From IMG/VR virus record IMGVR_UViG_3300036766_000876, positions 30,300 through 94,299 of that record: a DNA stretch of 64,000 nt; one strand, 5' to 3'. Origin of the DNA: a virus. Numbering within the stretch: the stretch's first letter is position 1; each line of letters opens with the position of its first letter. Positions 19,062 through 27,172 of this stretch are shown piece after piece. A model generated the notes under the pieces. It searched no databases, was not told the origin of the DNA, and saw only the letters and a list, made by a program, of their open reading frames with translations. The position numbers and the translations under genes were made by a program.

Positions 19062-19126
19062 CGTTGGGAGCTGAAGCGCTCCAGCAGGTGCCCCGGGAAC
19101 CGCCCGGGGCACCCATGCAGGGCTCA
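19062..19126 (-). ncRNA. repeated structured intergenic element, copy A
   Basis: UGAGC-CCU-GCAUG-[11 bp hairpin]-UGCU-GGAGC GCUUCA GCUCC-CAACG, then RBS. Confidence 0.6.
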
Positions 19127-19540
19127 GACCTTCCGCTTGTACTTGTCGCTCCACCGCTCCAGCTTCTCGATGGAGCCCTTCACCGCCTCCGAAAGCTGGG
19201 CGTCATCCCAGTCCTCGTAGTGCTTCCGCCCGCACGCCCCGCACGCGCTCTCCTTGACGTTGAGGTGCGGCACGAGCACCTTGAGCTCCGCCACTGCTCG
19301 ACCCAGGAGCTTCGTGATGACGTTCCTGCGGGCGACGGCAGCCTCCGAGTTGGACTGCGCCGGGAGGACCTCCATCACGTCCTCCTCATCGAGGTGCGTC
19401 AGGTCGCAGGCTCCGGTGGGCCAGGTTCCATCTGGCTCCGGGAGCTCCGCCCACCAGCAATTGCTGCCAGGAGGGGAGACGCGCCCCTTGAGGCGCGCGT
19501 GCTCGCCAGACTTCAGCCGGACGACGTCGCCGGCCTTCAC
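19124..19540 (-). CDS. hypothetical protein
   Basis: 138 aa, MKAGDVVRLKSG start, CGAC motif. Confidence 0.65.
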   Translation of the reverse strand: MKAGDVVRLKSGEHARLKGRVSPPGSNCWWAELPEPDGTWPTGACDLTHLDEEDVMEVLPAQSNSEAAVARRNVITKLLGRAVAELKVLVPHLNVKESACGACGRKHYEDWDDAQLSEAVKGSIEKLERWSDKYKRKV

Positions 19541-20439
19541 GGCGCCTCCTCTCGCGCCATGGCGATGAGGGCCGCCGCCGCCAAGTTCGCCTGGAGCTGC
19601 TCCAAGCGGGTACGCACCTCCTCCAGCTTCACCCCGAGGAGCCGCTCGTACACGCCCAGCTTCTCGGTGGCATCCTCGCAGCGGCCCACGCGCGTCTTGA
19701 TGGCGCGTGTGCCCATGCCGTCCGCCGTCTGCGCGGCAGCAGCCAGCTCAGCCTCCATGGAGCCGCTGAACTGGTCCGCCTCCCGGCGGAGCGAGTCGAG
19801 GATGGCGTCCACGGCCTCACTCGACTGGAGCGCTGGAATCTCCGCGATGAAGGTGGCGGAGGCAGCGCGCAGGGAGGCAACAACCTTCCGCCAGATGGGG
19901 AGCGTCTGGCGCGGGATGAAGTACACCCCGCCCGTGTCGCGGAGGGGCACCGCCTGGACGTGCTTCACCATCTGGCAGAGCCACTCAGCGGTGTCGTACG
20001 CCTCCAGCCGGCGCATGTTGGCCCGGAAGGCTGCGTGAATCTGGTCTGACACGAGCGACGTCGCCCCGGAGTGCGACATGTCGAGGTAGCAGCCATCGGG
20101 GTGGACGTCGGACTTCACCAGCCGGACCTGGAGGATGACTTGGTACTGGAGCGGCGCGCTGGCGTCGTCCTCCGCAGAGTGCTCGGAGACGAGCGCGTAC
20201 CCCTTGCCCGGGAGGGCGCGCATCAGGACCCGCTTGTCCACTTGGTCCTGCATCGCCCGCCGGAGGGCCACCTCGGGGGAGGGCAGGTCCGGGAGGAGCT
20301 TCTCGTCCATGCCCTGCGCCACGAAGGCTGCGCGGAGAGCATCGAAGTTGGTTTCCCCAGACAACCTCCAGAGGACGATTGCCCCGGCTGCGTCTCGGCT
20401 CACGTCGCTGATTGCCATCACGTCTGCGATTGCGTTCAT
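19537..20439 (-). CDS. conserved-looking helical protein next to the MoxR-vWA pair (DUF3150/DUF6744-like)
   Basis: 300 aa with AVPLRDTGGVYFIP motif; family name recalled, not verified. Confidence 0.55.
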   Translation of the reverse strand: MNAIADVMAISDVSRDAAGAIVLWRLSGETNFDALRAAFVAQGMDEKLLPDLPSPEVALRRAMQDQVDKRVLMRALPGKGYALVSEHSAEDDASAPLQYQVILQVRLVKSDVHPDGCYLDMSHSGATSLVSDQIHAAFRANMRRLEAYDTAEWLCQMVKHVQAVPLRDTGGVYFIPRQTLPIWRKVVASLRAASATFIAEIPALQSSEAVDAILDSLRREADQFSGSMEAELAAAAQTADGMGTRAIKTRVGRCEDATEKLGVYERLLGVKLEEVRTRLEQLQANLAAAALIAMAREEAP

Positions 20440-20455
20440 TGTGTAGCTCCTTCCT

Positions 20456-20524
20456 CGTTGGGGACTTGAGCGTCCCAGCAGGGGTCCCGAGCAGGCTGCC
20501 TCGGTCCCCCCATGCGTCGCTCAA
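20456..20524 (-). ncRNA. repeated structured intergenic element, copy B
   Basis: UUGAGC-GAC-GCAUG-[hairpin]-UGCU-GGGAC GCUCAA GUCCC-CAACG, then RBS. Confidence 0.6.
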
Positions 20525-21897
20525 CCTCCTGAAGCGCTCTTCAACACGACGACCTTCCCCCACTTCGCGGGGGCCTCGTTGGCGCCGGCACCACACACGA
20601 GCCAGATGGTGTTCATCCGCATTGGCTCCGGCCCAGGGTCCCCGATGTGCCCGTCCGTGCAGATGACGAGCACCTCCGGGCGCCGGGCCGCCTTGCAGGC
20701 AGCGTCGATGGCGGGCTTCATGTCCGTCCCGCCTCCGCCCTTCATGGCGGCCGCTGCCTCCTTCACATTGCGGATCCTCACCGCCGCGTGGACGTCAGCG
20801 TCGCAGGCGTAGAAGGCCACCTCCGCGCCAACGGCCGCCAGGATGCCCTTCACTTCCTGGAGCCCCTCCTTGATGGAGTCGTCCCCCATGGAGCCAGAGG
20901 TGTCCTGGATGACGGCCACGGCCGGGATGGGCATGCGCAGCGCCGGGAACACCGGCTTGCCGCTCCCGTACCCGATGGCTCCCTGCCGCCGCGACGGCCT
21001 GTCGTAGCGGTAGTCACCGGCACCAGGGCGGTAGGCGATGGCGTTGCGCACGACGCGCGCCAACTCCTGCTGCCAGGGTACCTGCGGTGGCCCCAGGACT
21101 TCCTCCGCCCAGCGCTGGAGGCCCGCTGGGACGGAGCCCCGGCCCTTGCTGGCAGTGTGCTTGCGGACGGCCTCAGCGACGGCGCGCTGAACCCGCTTCT
21201 GCTCCGCCGAGCTCTTCCCCAGCTCAGCCGGGACGCTGTCCTCCAGCTCCCCAGCCTTGTTGCCTGCCCCGGAACCACACCCTGCGCAGCCTCCGTGAGG
21301 CACTACAACGTCCCCCTCACCGGGGGCACCCTTCCCCTTGCCGCTCTGCGGCTTGCCGTCTCCGGGCTGCCTCTGCGCCATCCCGGCCTTGCCCTGGGGC
21401 GGAGCCTTCCGGCGCAGCGCCGCGTAGTACTCCTCTGCCAGGCGCCCCTCCGGTTGGCCGAAGTCCCCTGGGAGCACCTGGTAGTGAATCGACTGCCCAG
21501 CCAGGTCCTCGTGGATGAACTTCCCGTCCACCCTCGGGTACTTCGCGCCGGCCGCCACGAGGTCGTCGTCAATCTCGGCGTCAGCAGCGTAGTTCCAGAG
21601 CTTGGCGAGGTCCGGCTGCGCGGTGGCGCCGACCTGCTCTGCCCGCTGGAGGTGCGTCCGTACCCAGTGGCAGGCCTCGTGGAGGAGCGTCCAAGCAGCC
21701 TCCTCGACGCTCCACACCGCACTCAGCGCCGGGTCCCAGAGGAGCACCCCGCGCTTGGTGACGGCCATCGTCTTCAGCCCAGGCGTTTGGTGGGGCACGA
21801 GCCCCATCACCGCCGCGCTGAAGTACGGCATGAGCTGCGTGGCCTTGATGCGCGCCGCCGCGAACCAGCTCGCAGGGTCCTTCAGTGCATTTGCCAT
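20521..21897 (-). CDS. metallopeptidase-like plus vWA domain protein (DUF2201-like)
   Basis: HEACH (HExxH), WNYAADAEI, MIDAS DTSGS, GGGGTD, TDG. Confidence 0.85.
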   Translation of the reverse strand: MANALKDPASWFAAARIKATQLMPYFSAAVMGLVPHQTPGLKTMAVTKRGVLLWDPALSAVWSVEEAAWTLLHEACHWVRTHLQRAEQVGATAQPDLAKLWNYAADAEIDDDLVAAGAKYPRVDGKFIHEDLAGQSIHYQVLPGDFGQPEGRLAEEYYAALRRKAPPQGKAGMAQRQPGDGKPQSGKGKGAPGEGDVVVPHGGCAGCGSGAGNKAGELEDSVPAELGKSSAEQKRVQRAVAEAVRKHTASKGRGSVPAGLQRWAEEVLGPPQVPWQQELARVVRNAIAYRPGAGDYRYDRPSRRQGAIGYGSGKPVFPALRMPIPAVAVIQDTSGSMGDDSIKEGLQEVKGILAAVGAEVAFYACDADVHAAVRIRNVKEAAAAMKGGGGTDMKPAIDAACKAARRPEVLVICTDGHIGDPGPEPMRMNTIWLVCGAGANEAPAKWGKVVVLKSASGG

Positions 21898-21929
21898 GGT
21901 TGGTTCTCCTTGTTGGGGGTTGGTTGGGG

Positions 21930-23084
21930 CTACTCGCTCCTGGCCACGAAGCCCGCCGCCGCCAGGATGGGCTGAATCTTGGCGAGGCTGGCGTACGCGC
22001 TCTTCCCGCTGGTGAAGCCCTTCTTGGCGAGCACCATGGCGGCATCCACGACGATGTCTGCGTTCTTGTCGATGACAGTGCCGATGATTTCCCACAGCTT
22101 CTCAGCCCGCTCCTTACGCTTGGGAGCCTTGTCCGGAGCGATGAGCGCCGCGCAGGAGGCGAGCACCGACACCGTGCGGTCCAGCCGGCGGACGTCGTGC
22201 TTGAACTCCGTGTTGCCGTCGAGCACGTCGGCCGGATCCGGCAGGTCAACCTCCTTGATGTAGGAGAGGAACTCCGCCGCCGCCCCGACGCCGATGAACG
22301 CCGTCAGGAGCTCCTCCTTGTCGGCCTGGTCGATGCGATGCAGCTCCGCGCCCGCCCACGCGCGGCACCCGAGCTCCCAGGTGCGGTGCGACGGCCACGC
22401 GCGCCCCGCCTCCGGGCTGCCGGACTTGGGCATCATGTGGAGCATCGACGGCTTGGCCGTGATGAAGCCCGAGACGAGCCCCTTGGCGCGGGCGAACGGC
22501 TCTGCCCACTCCTTCTCGACACGGGCCTCCAGGTCCGCCGCCTTCACCTTGATGGCGCCGGCCTCACCGCCGCCCAGCAGCCAGGCGCTCCACTGGCGCG
22601 CGTCCGGCTTCTCCCAGGCGAGGTGCCCGAAGCGGTTTGCCAGCGGGGGAGCGAGGTCCCAGCCGCCGGCCGCGTCACCCACCTTGTTCTGCGCCGCAAG
22701 GATGCGGACGGTGTGGGGCATCTTGTACTCCCCCACGGCGCCGTCGGTCGCCAGCCGGAGCATCGCGGCCTGCATGGCGGGAACGTTGGTGTTCAGCTCG
22801 TCGAGGAAGACCACCCCGCGGAGCGCCTTGGCCATGTCCAGCGCCCACGCCGGGGGCACCAGGCGGAAGCGGTCGTCCTCCAGGCGGGCCAGGCCGCCAA
22901 CGTCCGTGGGCTCCCGGATGCTTCCGAGGATGACCTCGACCTTGAGCCCGTAGTCGAGCTCCACCTGCTCGACGATGTTCGTCTTCGCCGTCCCGGGCTC
23001 CCCCTCGAAGATGACCGGGAGGCCCCAGCGGCCCTTGCTGCCGGGGGTGAAGAGGACCACCTTCATGATTGCCTTGATGTCCAC
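21930..23084 (-). CDS. MoxR-like AAA+ ATPase
   Basis: GEPGTAKT, EPTDVGG, FLDE, AAQN, PLANRF. Confidence 0.88.
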   Translation of the reverse strand: MDIKAIMKVVLFTPGSKGRWGLPVIFEGEPGTAKTNIVEQVELDYGLKVEVILGSIREPTDVGGLARLEDDRFRLVPPAWALDMAKALRGVVFLDELNTNVPAMQAAMLRLATDGAVGEYKMPHTVRILAAQNKVGDAAGGWDLAPPLANRFGHLAWEKPDARQWSAWLLGGGEAGAIKVKAADLEARVEKEWAEPFARAKGLVSGFITAKPSMLHMMPKSGSPEAGRAWPSHRTWELGCRAWAGAELHRIDQADKEELLTAFIGVGAAAEFLSYIKEVDLPDPADVLDGNTEFKHDVRRLDRTVSVLASCAALIAPDKAPKRKERAEKLWEIIGTVIDKNADIVVDAAMVLAKKGFTSGKSAYASLAKIQPILAAAGFVARSE

Positions 23085-23107
23085 GGTGTCCGACCTTTCG
23101 TGCTGCG

Positions 23108-23173
23108 CGTTGGGAGCATGAGCGCTCCAGCAGGACGCCCAGAGCCTTCCTGGGCGCCCCATGCAGGGCTCAC
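23108..23173 (-). ncRNA. repeated structured intergenic element, copy C
   Basis: GUGAGC-CCU-GCAUG-[10 bp hairpin]-UGCU-GGAGC GCUCAU GCUCC-CAACG. Confidence 0.6.
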
Positions 23174-23412
23174 TCGAAGAACTGCGGGTTCTTGGTCTGG
23201 CGCTTCACCTCCGCCACCACGCCGTGGAGGAGGTCGTCGATGGCGGCCACCGTCACCGTCTCGGCCACCTGATGCCGCACGATGGCGAGGATGCGCGCCT
23301 CCACGATGGCGATGCGCATCGTGCTGGTGAGGTACTTGAACGCCCGCCCACGCTCGAAGTCCACTTCGAGGACTTCCTTGGCGAAGGTCCGCTTCTGGCT
23401 GGCGTTCCACAT
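23170..23412 (-). CDS. early hypothetical protein
   Basis: ATG at 23412 with AGGAGG RBS. Confidence 0.65.
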   Translation of the reverse strand: MWNASQKRTFAKEVLEVDFERGRAFKYLTSTMRIAIVEARILAIVRHQVAETVTVAAIDDLLHGVVAEVKRQTKNPQFFE

Positions 23413-23903
23413 CAGAGCACCTCCTTTTCGTTCTGCACGGAGCTCTCCTCTTCGCCCATGCAGATTTCGCAGTGCTCCCGCTCTTCTTCTGGGTGCTCGC
23501 CGCAGCACTCAGCGACGTGGCAGCCATCGGCTTCTTCCCCCAACTCCACCAGCCGTGCCTCCGCTTCCTGCACTGAGAACATGCCGTTCTCAGTGCATCC
23601 TTCATCGTTGAAAATCCCAAATTCCGGCATGTGGTTCCTTTCCAGTTGTGGGGGTGTGGTGGCCTTGAGGCGCGCCCGGCTGAACGCAGCGAGCCACGTA
23701 GGGCCTGTCCCGAGGCAGCTCACGGAGGACAGCTCCGCGCGCCGCAGCCAGATGGTGCGCGTCCCACCACTGGCCTCCGCGAAGGCTTGCGGGCCGAACT
23801 CCCGGACCGCCAGGAGGGTGGCCTGCTTCGCCGTGAGGCGCTCTCGGCGGATTGGGCCGCCGAGCCGCGTGATGGCATCGGCCGCTTCCAGGGGCAGCTT
23901 CAT
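23412..23903 (-). CDS. early hypothetical protein with possible internal start at 23630
   Basis: ATGA-coupled start at 23903; second in-frame ATG with GAAAGGAA RBS precedes an acidic, Cys-rich half. Confidence 0.55.
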   Translation of the reverse strand: MKLPLEAADAITRLGGPIRRERLTAKQATLLAVREFGPQAFAEASGGTRTIWLRRAELSSVSCLGTGPTWLAAFSRARLKATTPPQLERNHMPEFGIFNDEGCTENGMFSVQEAEARLVELGEEADGCHVAECCGEHPEEEREHCEICMGEEESSVQNEKEVL

Positions 23904-24118
23904 GTGCACACCCGGATGCAGACGTAGCAGTTGGTGGCGGGGAAGCGCCGCTTGGCCTCCGCCCGGGCCGCCTTCTTGGCCTCGGTGTACGTGCAGGACG
24001 GAGTGACCCACCAGGGCTCCTTGTGGTCGTCGTCTGGGAAGGTGAACGCCCAGCTCCCGTAGCCGCGAGGATTGCCGTGGCTGAGGCGGTACTCGCTGGT
24101 GTCGAAGTCGATGGTCAT
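23900..24118 (-). CDS. early hypothetical protein
   Basis: MTIDFDTSEYRLSHGNPRGYGSWAF; GGAGG RBS; ATGA overlap. Confidence 0.65.
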   Translation of the reverse strand: MTIDFDTSEYRLSHGNPRGYGSWAFTFPDDDHKEPWWVTPSCTYTEAKKAARAEAKRRFPATNCYVCIRVCT

Positions 24119-24345
24119 GGCCGCCTCCCAACCAGACGCAGGACACGTTCGAGCTCGGCAACCAGCCGAGCCGCGTTGGTCTGCATGTCGCGGAGGTTTG
24201 CTACACAGTCCTCCGCCGTCTCGCAGGACTCGGCGTCGCTGCGATTCATCTCCAGCTCTTGCGTGCAGGCCTCCAGGTTGCTGTCGCCAAGCTCCTCCAA
24301 CATCTCCTCCAACGACGTGCTGAAGCGCTTCCCGAGCGTGCTCAT
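24115..24345 (-). CDS. early hypothetical protein
   Basis: 76 aa, part of an ATGA overlap chain. Confidence 0.6.
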   Translation of the reverse strand: MSTLGKRFSTSLEEMLEELGDSNLEACTQELEMNRSDAESCETAEDCVANLRDMQTNAARLVAELERVLRLVGRRP

Positions 24346-24554
24346 CGCAGCACCAGGACAGACTTGCGGCCGGGGCCGTCGTCACCGACCACCAGCGCGC
24401 AGTGGTAGTCGGACTGCACCACCGTCTCCTTCTCGCCACTGGTGACCTCGCGGACGATGGTGCTCTTCCAGTAGTCCCCGGATGGGACGGCGAAGTGGAC
24501 CTTGGTGCCCGGGGGGAACGCCGACAGCAGCTCCATCAGCTCTTTGGCAGTCAT
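24342..24554 (-). CDS. early hypothetical protein
   Basis: 70 aa, MTAKELMELLSAFP start, ATGA overlap. Confidence 0.65.
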   Translation of the reverse strand: MTAKELMELLSAFPPGTKVHFAVPSGDYWKSTIVREVTSGEKETVVQSDYHCALVVGDDGPGRKSVLVLR

Positions 24555-24808
24555 GAGCGCACCCCAAGCACTGGCAGCAGGGCTGCGATGATTTTGCGAG
24601 CCTCATCGACCATGCAGTCGCCTCCGGGGCACGGAGCCCCGGGAGCAAGCGGCTTGGACTTGCTGCTCCAACTGTGGTTGTGGTCCCCGGTCAGCTCGTA
24701 GGCGTGCAGGGCTTCGGGCAGTGTCCGAATTGCACGCAGCACATCTGCGAGTGCCTCTCGGGCAGCTCGCTTGCGCTCGTCTGCCAAAATGCTTCCCATG
24801 CTTGTCAT
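24551..24808 (-). CDS. early hypothetical protein
   Basis: 85 aa, ATGA overlap. Confidence 0.55.
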   Translation of the reverse strand: MTSMGSILADERKRAAREALADVLRAIRTLPEALHAYELTGDHNHSWSSKSKPLAPGAPCPGGDCMVDEARKIIAALLPVLGVRS

Positions 24809-25206
24809 GACTGGCTCCCTTTCAACGAGTTGGTGAGGCGGCGAATCTCCGCCTTGGTCACAGCAATCGACTCGAACACTGCCGTCAGCTCCTCATCGCG
24901 CTCCGCCCGCTCTGCGCGGGACGAAACCTTCCTGCCAAGGAGCGCCGCCCTGTCAGCCTCGAACTCGGCCAGCGCGCCCCGCTCGGTGTCCAAGAGGCTG
25001 TTGATGGCCGTGATGCGGAGGACCGCTGCCTGCGCAGCAGCCGCCCGCTGGGCATCGACCTTGGCGCGGTACTCCGGGCTGGCCCGGTAGGCGCGCTCCT
25101 CTGCTGCGAACCGTGCGTCAACGACGAGGAGGTCCAGGAGGGCCTTCGCCAGGCCCTCCGGCATGGCGTTGATGGCCACGTAGGCCTTCTTGTGGCTGGC
25201 GCTCAT
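24805..25206 (-). CDS. early coiled-coil hypothetical protein
   Basis: ATG at 25206, ATGA overlap. Confidence 0.6.
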   Translation of the reverse strand: MSASHKKAYVAINAMPEGLAKALLDLLVVDARFAAEERAYRASPEYRAKVDAQRAAAAQAAVLRITAINSLLDTERGALAEFEADRAALLGRKVSSRAERAERDEELTAVFESIAVTKAEIRRLTNSLKGSQS

Positions 25207-25472
25207 CGCGCACGCTCCAGCGCATCGACCAAGCGGTAGTCGCCAGCGGCGCCCATACGTGCAGCTTGGTCGTGCTGCGCGTCCAAGGCCGAATCCACCG
25301 CGCACCCTGCGCAGGAGTCGATGTACCCATCGAGCCCTGGAACGCTCCAGGGCCGCGACCCGTAGGCGCCGCACCGGGGGCAGTCACCGTCAATCGGCCC
25401 CAGGCACTTGATCCTGGCCAATTCGTGCAAGGACAGCGTGCTCCACGGGGTTGCCGTGCTGTGTGCATCCAT
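25203..25472 (-). CDS. early hypothetical protein with CxxC...CxxC
   Basis: ATG at 25472 with AAGGAG RBS; CPRC and CAGC. Confidence 0.6.
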   Translation of the reverse strand: MDAHSTATPWSTLSLHELARIKCLGPIDGDCPRCGAYGSRPWSVPGLDGYIDSCAGCAVDSALDAQHDQAARMGAAGDYRLVDALERAR

Positions 25473-25488
25473 TTTGTTGCTCCTTGTT

Positions 25489-25556
25489 CGTTGGGTGCTC
25501 TTTTGCACCGCTGAGCAGCGGAGGCTGACTGCGCCTCCGCCGGCACGCGCTGCTGT
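25489..25556 (-). ncRNA. structured intergenic element, partial copy D
   Basis: Hairpin GCGGAGGC/GCCUCCGC, then UGCU, then GGUGC AAAAGA GCACC-CAACG and RBS. Confidence 0.45.
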
Positions 25557-25561
25557 TCGAG

Positions 25562-25627
25562 CTACTCGACTCGGCCACACGTCGCCGCGATGAGGGCGAC
25601 GCACACCAGCACCGCCAGGGCGACCAT
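25562..25627 (-). CDS. 21 aa hydrophobic peptide
   Basis: MVALAVLVCVALIAATCGRVE with GGAGAGG RBS; below the ORF-track cutoff. Confidence 0.4.
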   Translation of the reverse strand: MVALAVLVCVALIAATCGRVE

Positions 25628-25628
25628 T

Positions 25629-25892
25629 TCAGTCCTCTCCGCAGCAGGCCTTCGCGTCACGCAGCGTGTCGAAGTCCTGGAGGGTGGGCCGCCCGGCGAC
25701 GGGGTGCCGTGCCGTGTCCCAGAGCACCCACTCCCGCTTCCAACAGCCGTTGCGGCTGCTGGCCATCATCCGGCTGTGGATGACGTAGCGCCCATCCGCG
25801 CTGGTGTACTCGACCTCGTTCCAGCCGCCTCGTGTTGCTGTCCGCTTCCAGGGTCCAAGGCTCATGGCGCCTCCTTCGTTGGTCGGCTTCAT
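25629..25892 (-). CDS. early hypothetical protein
   Basis: 87 aa; alternative start at 25865 with AGGAGG RBS. Confidence 0.6.
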   Translation of the reverse strand: MKPTNEGGAMSLGPWKRTATRGGWNEVEYTSADGRYVIHSRMMASSRNGCWKREWVLWDTARHPVAGRPTLQDFDTLRDAKACCGED

Positions 25893-25894
25893 GT

Positions 25895-26113
25895 TCAGCC
25901 CTCCGCCAGGCTGCCATCGGGCTGGACGATTCCGTAGACGCGGCCAACAGCGACCTCACCGCGGTAGAAAATTGCGGCGACACCACCGTTGACCGTCACG
26001 TTCACCTGGACCCTGTCGTACTCCGGAGCCACCGGGGACCCGATGGTCGCCAGCCACAGCGCGGCCGCCTTCGCCGCCAGCCTCTGAGTCTCAAACAGCT
26101 TGTCGTTGCTCAT
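25895..26113 (-). CDS. first gene of early operon, hypothetical
   Basis: 72 aa, GAAAGGAA RBS. Confidence 0.65.
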   Translation of the reverse strand: MSNDKLFETQRLAAKAAALWLATIGSPVAPEYDRVQVNVTVNGGVAAIFYRGEVAVGRVYGIVQPDGSLAEG

Positions 26114-26124
26114 GTGCTTCCTTT

Positions 26125-26555
26125 CGTTGGGTGCTGGATCGCACCACTCAGCCCGCGACCTCGTCGCGCTGCTGGGTGGAACGGGCGAGCTCTCGCTCGC
26201 CGCTCCGCTCTCTCGCCGGTCTTCCCTCCGTGCCCATGCACGCCCGCTGCAACCAACCCGCCCTCTGGGAGCCCTCCCGATCGTCGCCTCTTCGGCGCCT
26301 CGCGGTTGTTGGGACTCTTCCCAGTTTTACCCGGCTTCTATGCGGAGACTTCGGTGCCGAGCTGGACGCGGGTAAAGCCCCCGTCCGGCTTGTCCGCCTC
26401 CCCGGATGCCTAGTGGGCCGGGAGATGCGGGCGCTCAGTGTTGTCGGCTCCGGGTCGCTTTGGGGGGAGGTCGCGTCCGGGGGGAGGTGGCCGTTTCCGG
26501 CCTGCCTCTACCGCCCTTCCGCTTCCCGCCGCCCGCCGCCGCCCGCCACCAACAA
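26125..26555 (-). ncRNA. long structured non-coding leader ending in element copy E
   Basis: No credible ORF. GNRA hairpins GGCCG-GAAA-CGGCC (26489-26502) and GGCGAGC-GAGA-GCUCGCC (26184-26201). Ends in GGUGC GAUCCA GCACC-CAACG. Confidence 0.45.
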
Positions 26556-26562
26556 CAAAGGA

Positions 26563-26612
26563 AGTATCCCTCCCAAAAAGAAAAAAAGCAAACAAACTCA
26601 AAAAATAAAATA
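26563..26612 (-). promoter_or_regulatory. sigma70-type early promoter with UP element
   Basis: TTGCTT (26586-26591), 17 bp spacer, GATACT (26563-26568), with an A/T tract upstream; a markedly AT-rich stretch in this GC-rich window. Confidence 0.7.
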
Positions 26613-26676
26613 GGGCCAAGAACGCAGGGTCTTAGGAGCCCATGTGGAGCCGTCGAGCTCACTGTCGTGTTGGGCG

Positions 26677-26702
26677 GGAAAAAGCCCACTGGCCGGGGCA
26701 AG
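26677..26702 (+). promoter_or_regulatory. putative phage promoter GGAAAA-N13-GGGCAAG (copy 4)
   Basis: On the plus strand, 8 nt before the ATG at 26711. Confidence 0.65.
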
Positions 26703-26710
26703 GTACTGTC

Positions 26711-27172
26711 ATGCCTCTAAAACGCTCTCCGCAGCAGATAGGACGACTCTCCCGTCGTAAGGGTAAGGCCCATGAGCAAGCTGTCGCCCGGGCCCTCCGC
26801 GCTGTCTTCGGCGCAGGGGTGAAGCGCGGCTGGCAGGCGCGCGAGGGGGATGACGCTCCTGACATCGACGGCACCCCCTACTGGGTGGAGGCGAAGTGCG
26901 GCCGCCGGGTGAACTACCAGGCCGCCATGCAGCAGGTGGTGGACGCCAAGGAGAGCGCCCTCCGGAAGAAGGATCCGCGCGCCACACTCCCGCCGCTCGT
27001 CGTCGGGCGGGACGACAACGGGGAGGCCTTCGCGCTGCTCCGCTTCGAGGACTTCGTCAAGCTCCTGCGGACAAATGGCGAAGTGCCCGCAGCCGGCACA
27101 CCCGGAGTAGCTACTACCCCTGTGGCGCGGCCGGTCGAGGAGCTCACCCTGGCGCAGCCGCCAGGCCGGTGA
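26711..27172 (+). CDS. PD-(D/E)xK nuclease, Holliday junction resolvase-like
   Basis: SRRKGKAHEQAVA, PDI, WVEAK motifs. Confidence 0.75.
   Translation: MPLKRSPQQIGRLSRRKGKAHEQAVARALRAVFGAGVKRGWQAREGDDAPDIDGTPYWVEAKCGRRVNYQAAMQQVVDAKESALRKKDPRATLPPLVVGRDDNGEAFALLRFEDFVKLLRTNGEVPAAGTPGVATTPVARPVEELTLAQPPGR

Noticed and set aside
19062-26145. Early-region repeats as a CRISPR array or integron attC sites
   Set aside because: Copies are separated by whole genes, are not identical, lack GTTRRRY/RYYYAAC ends, and no cas or integrase gene is visible.
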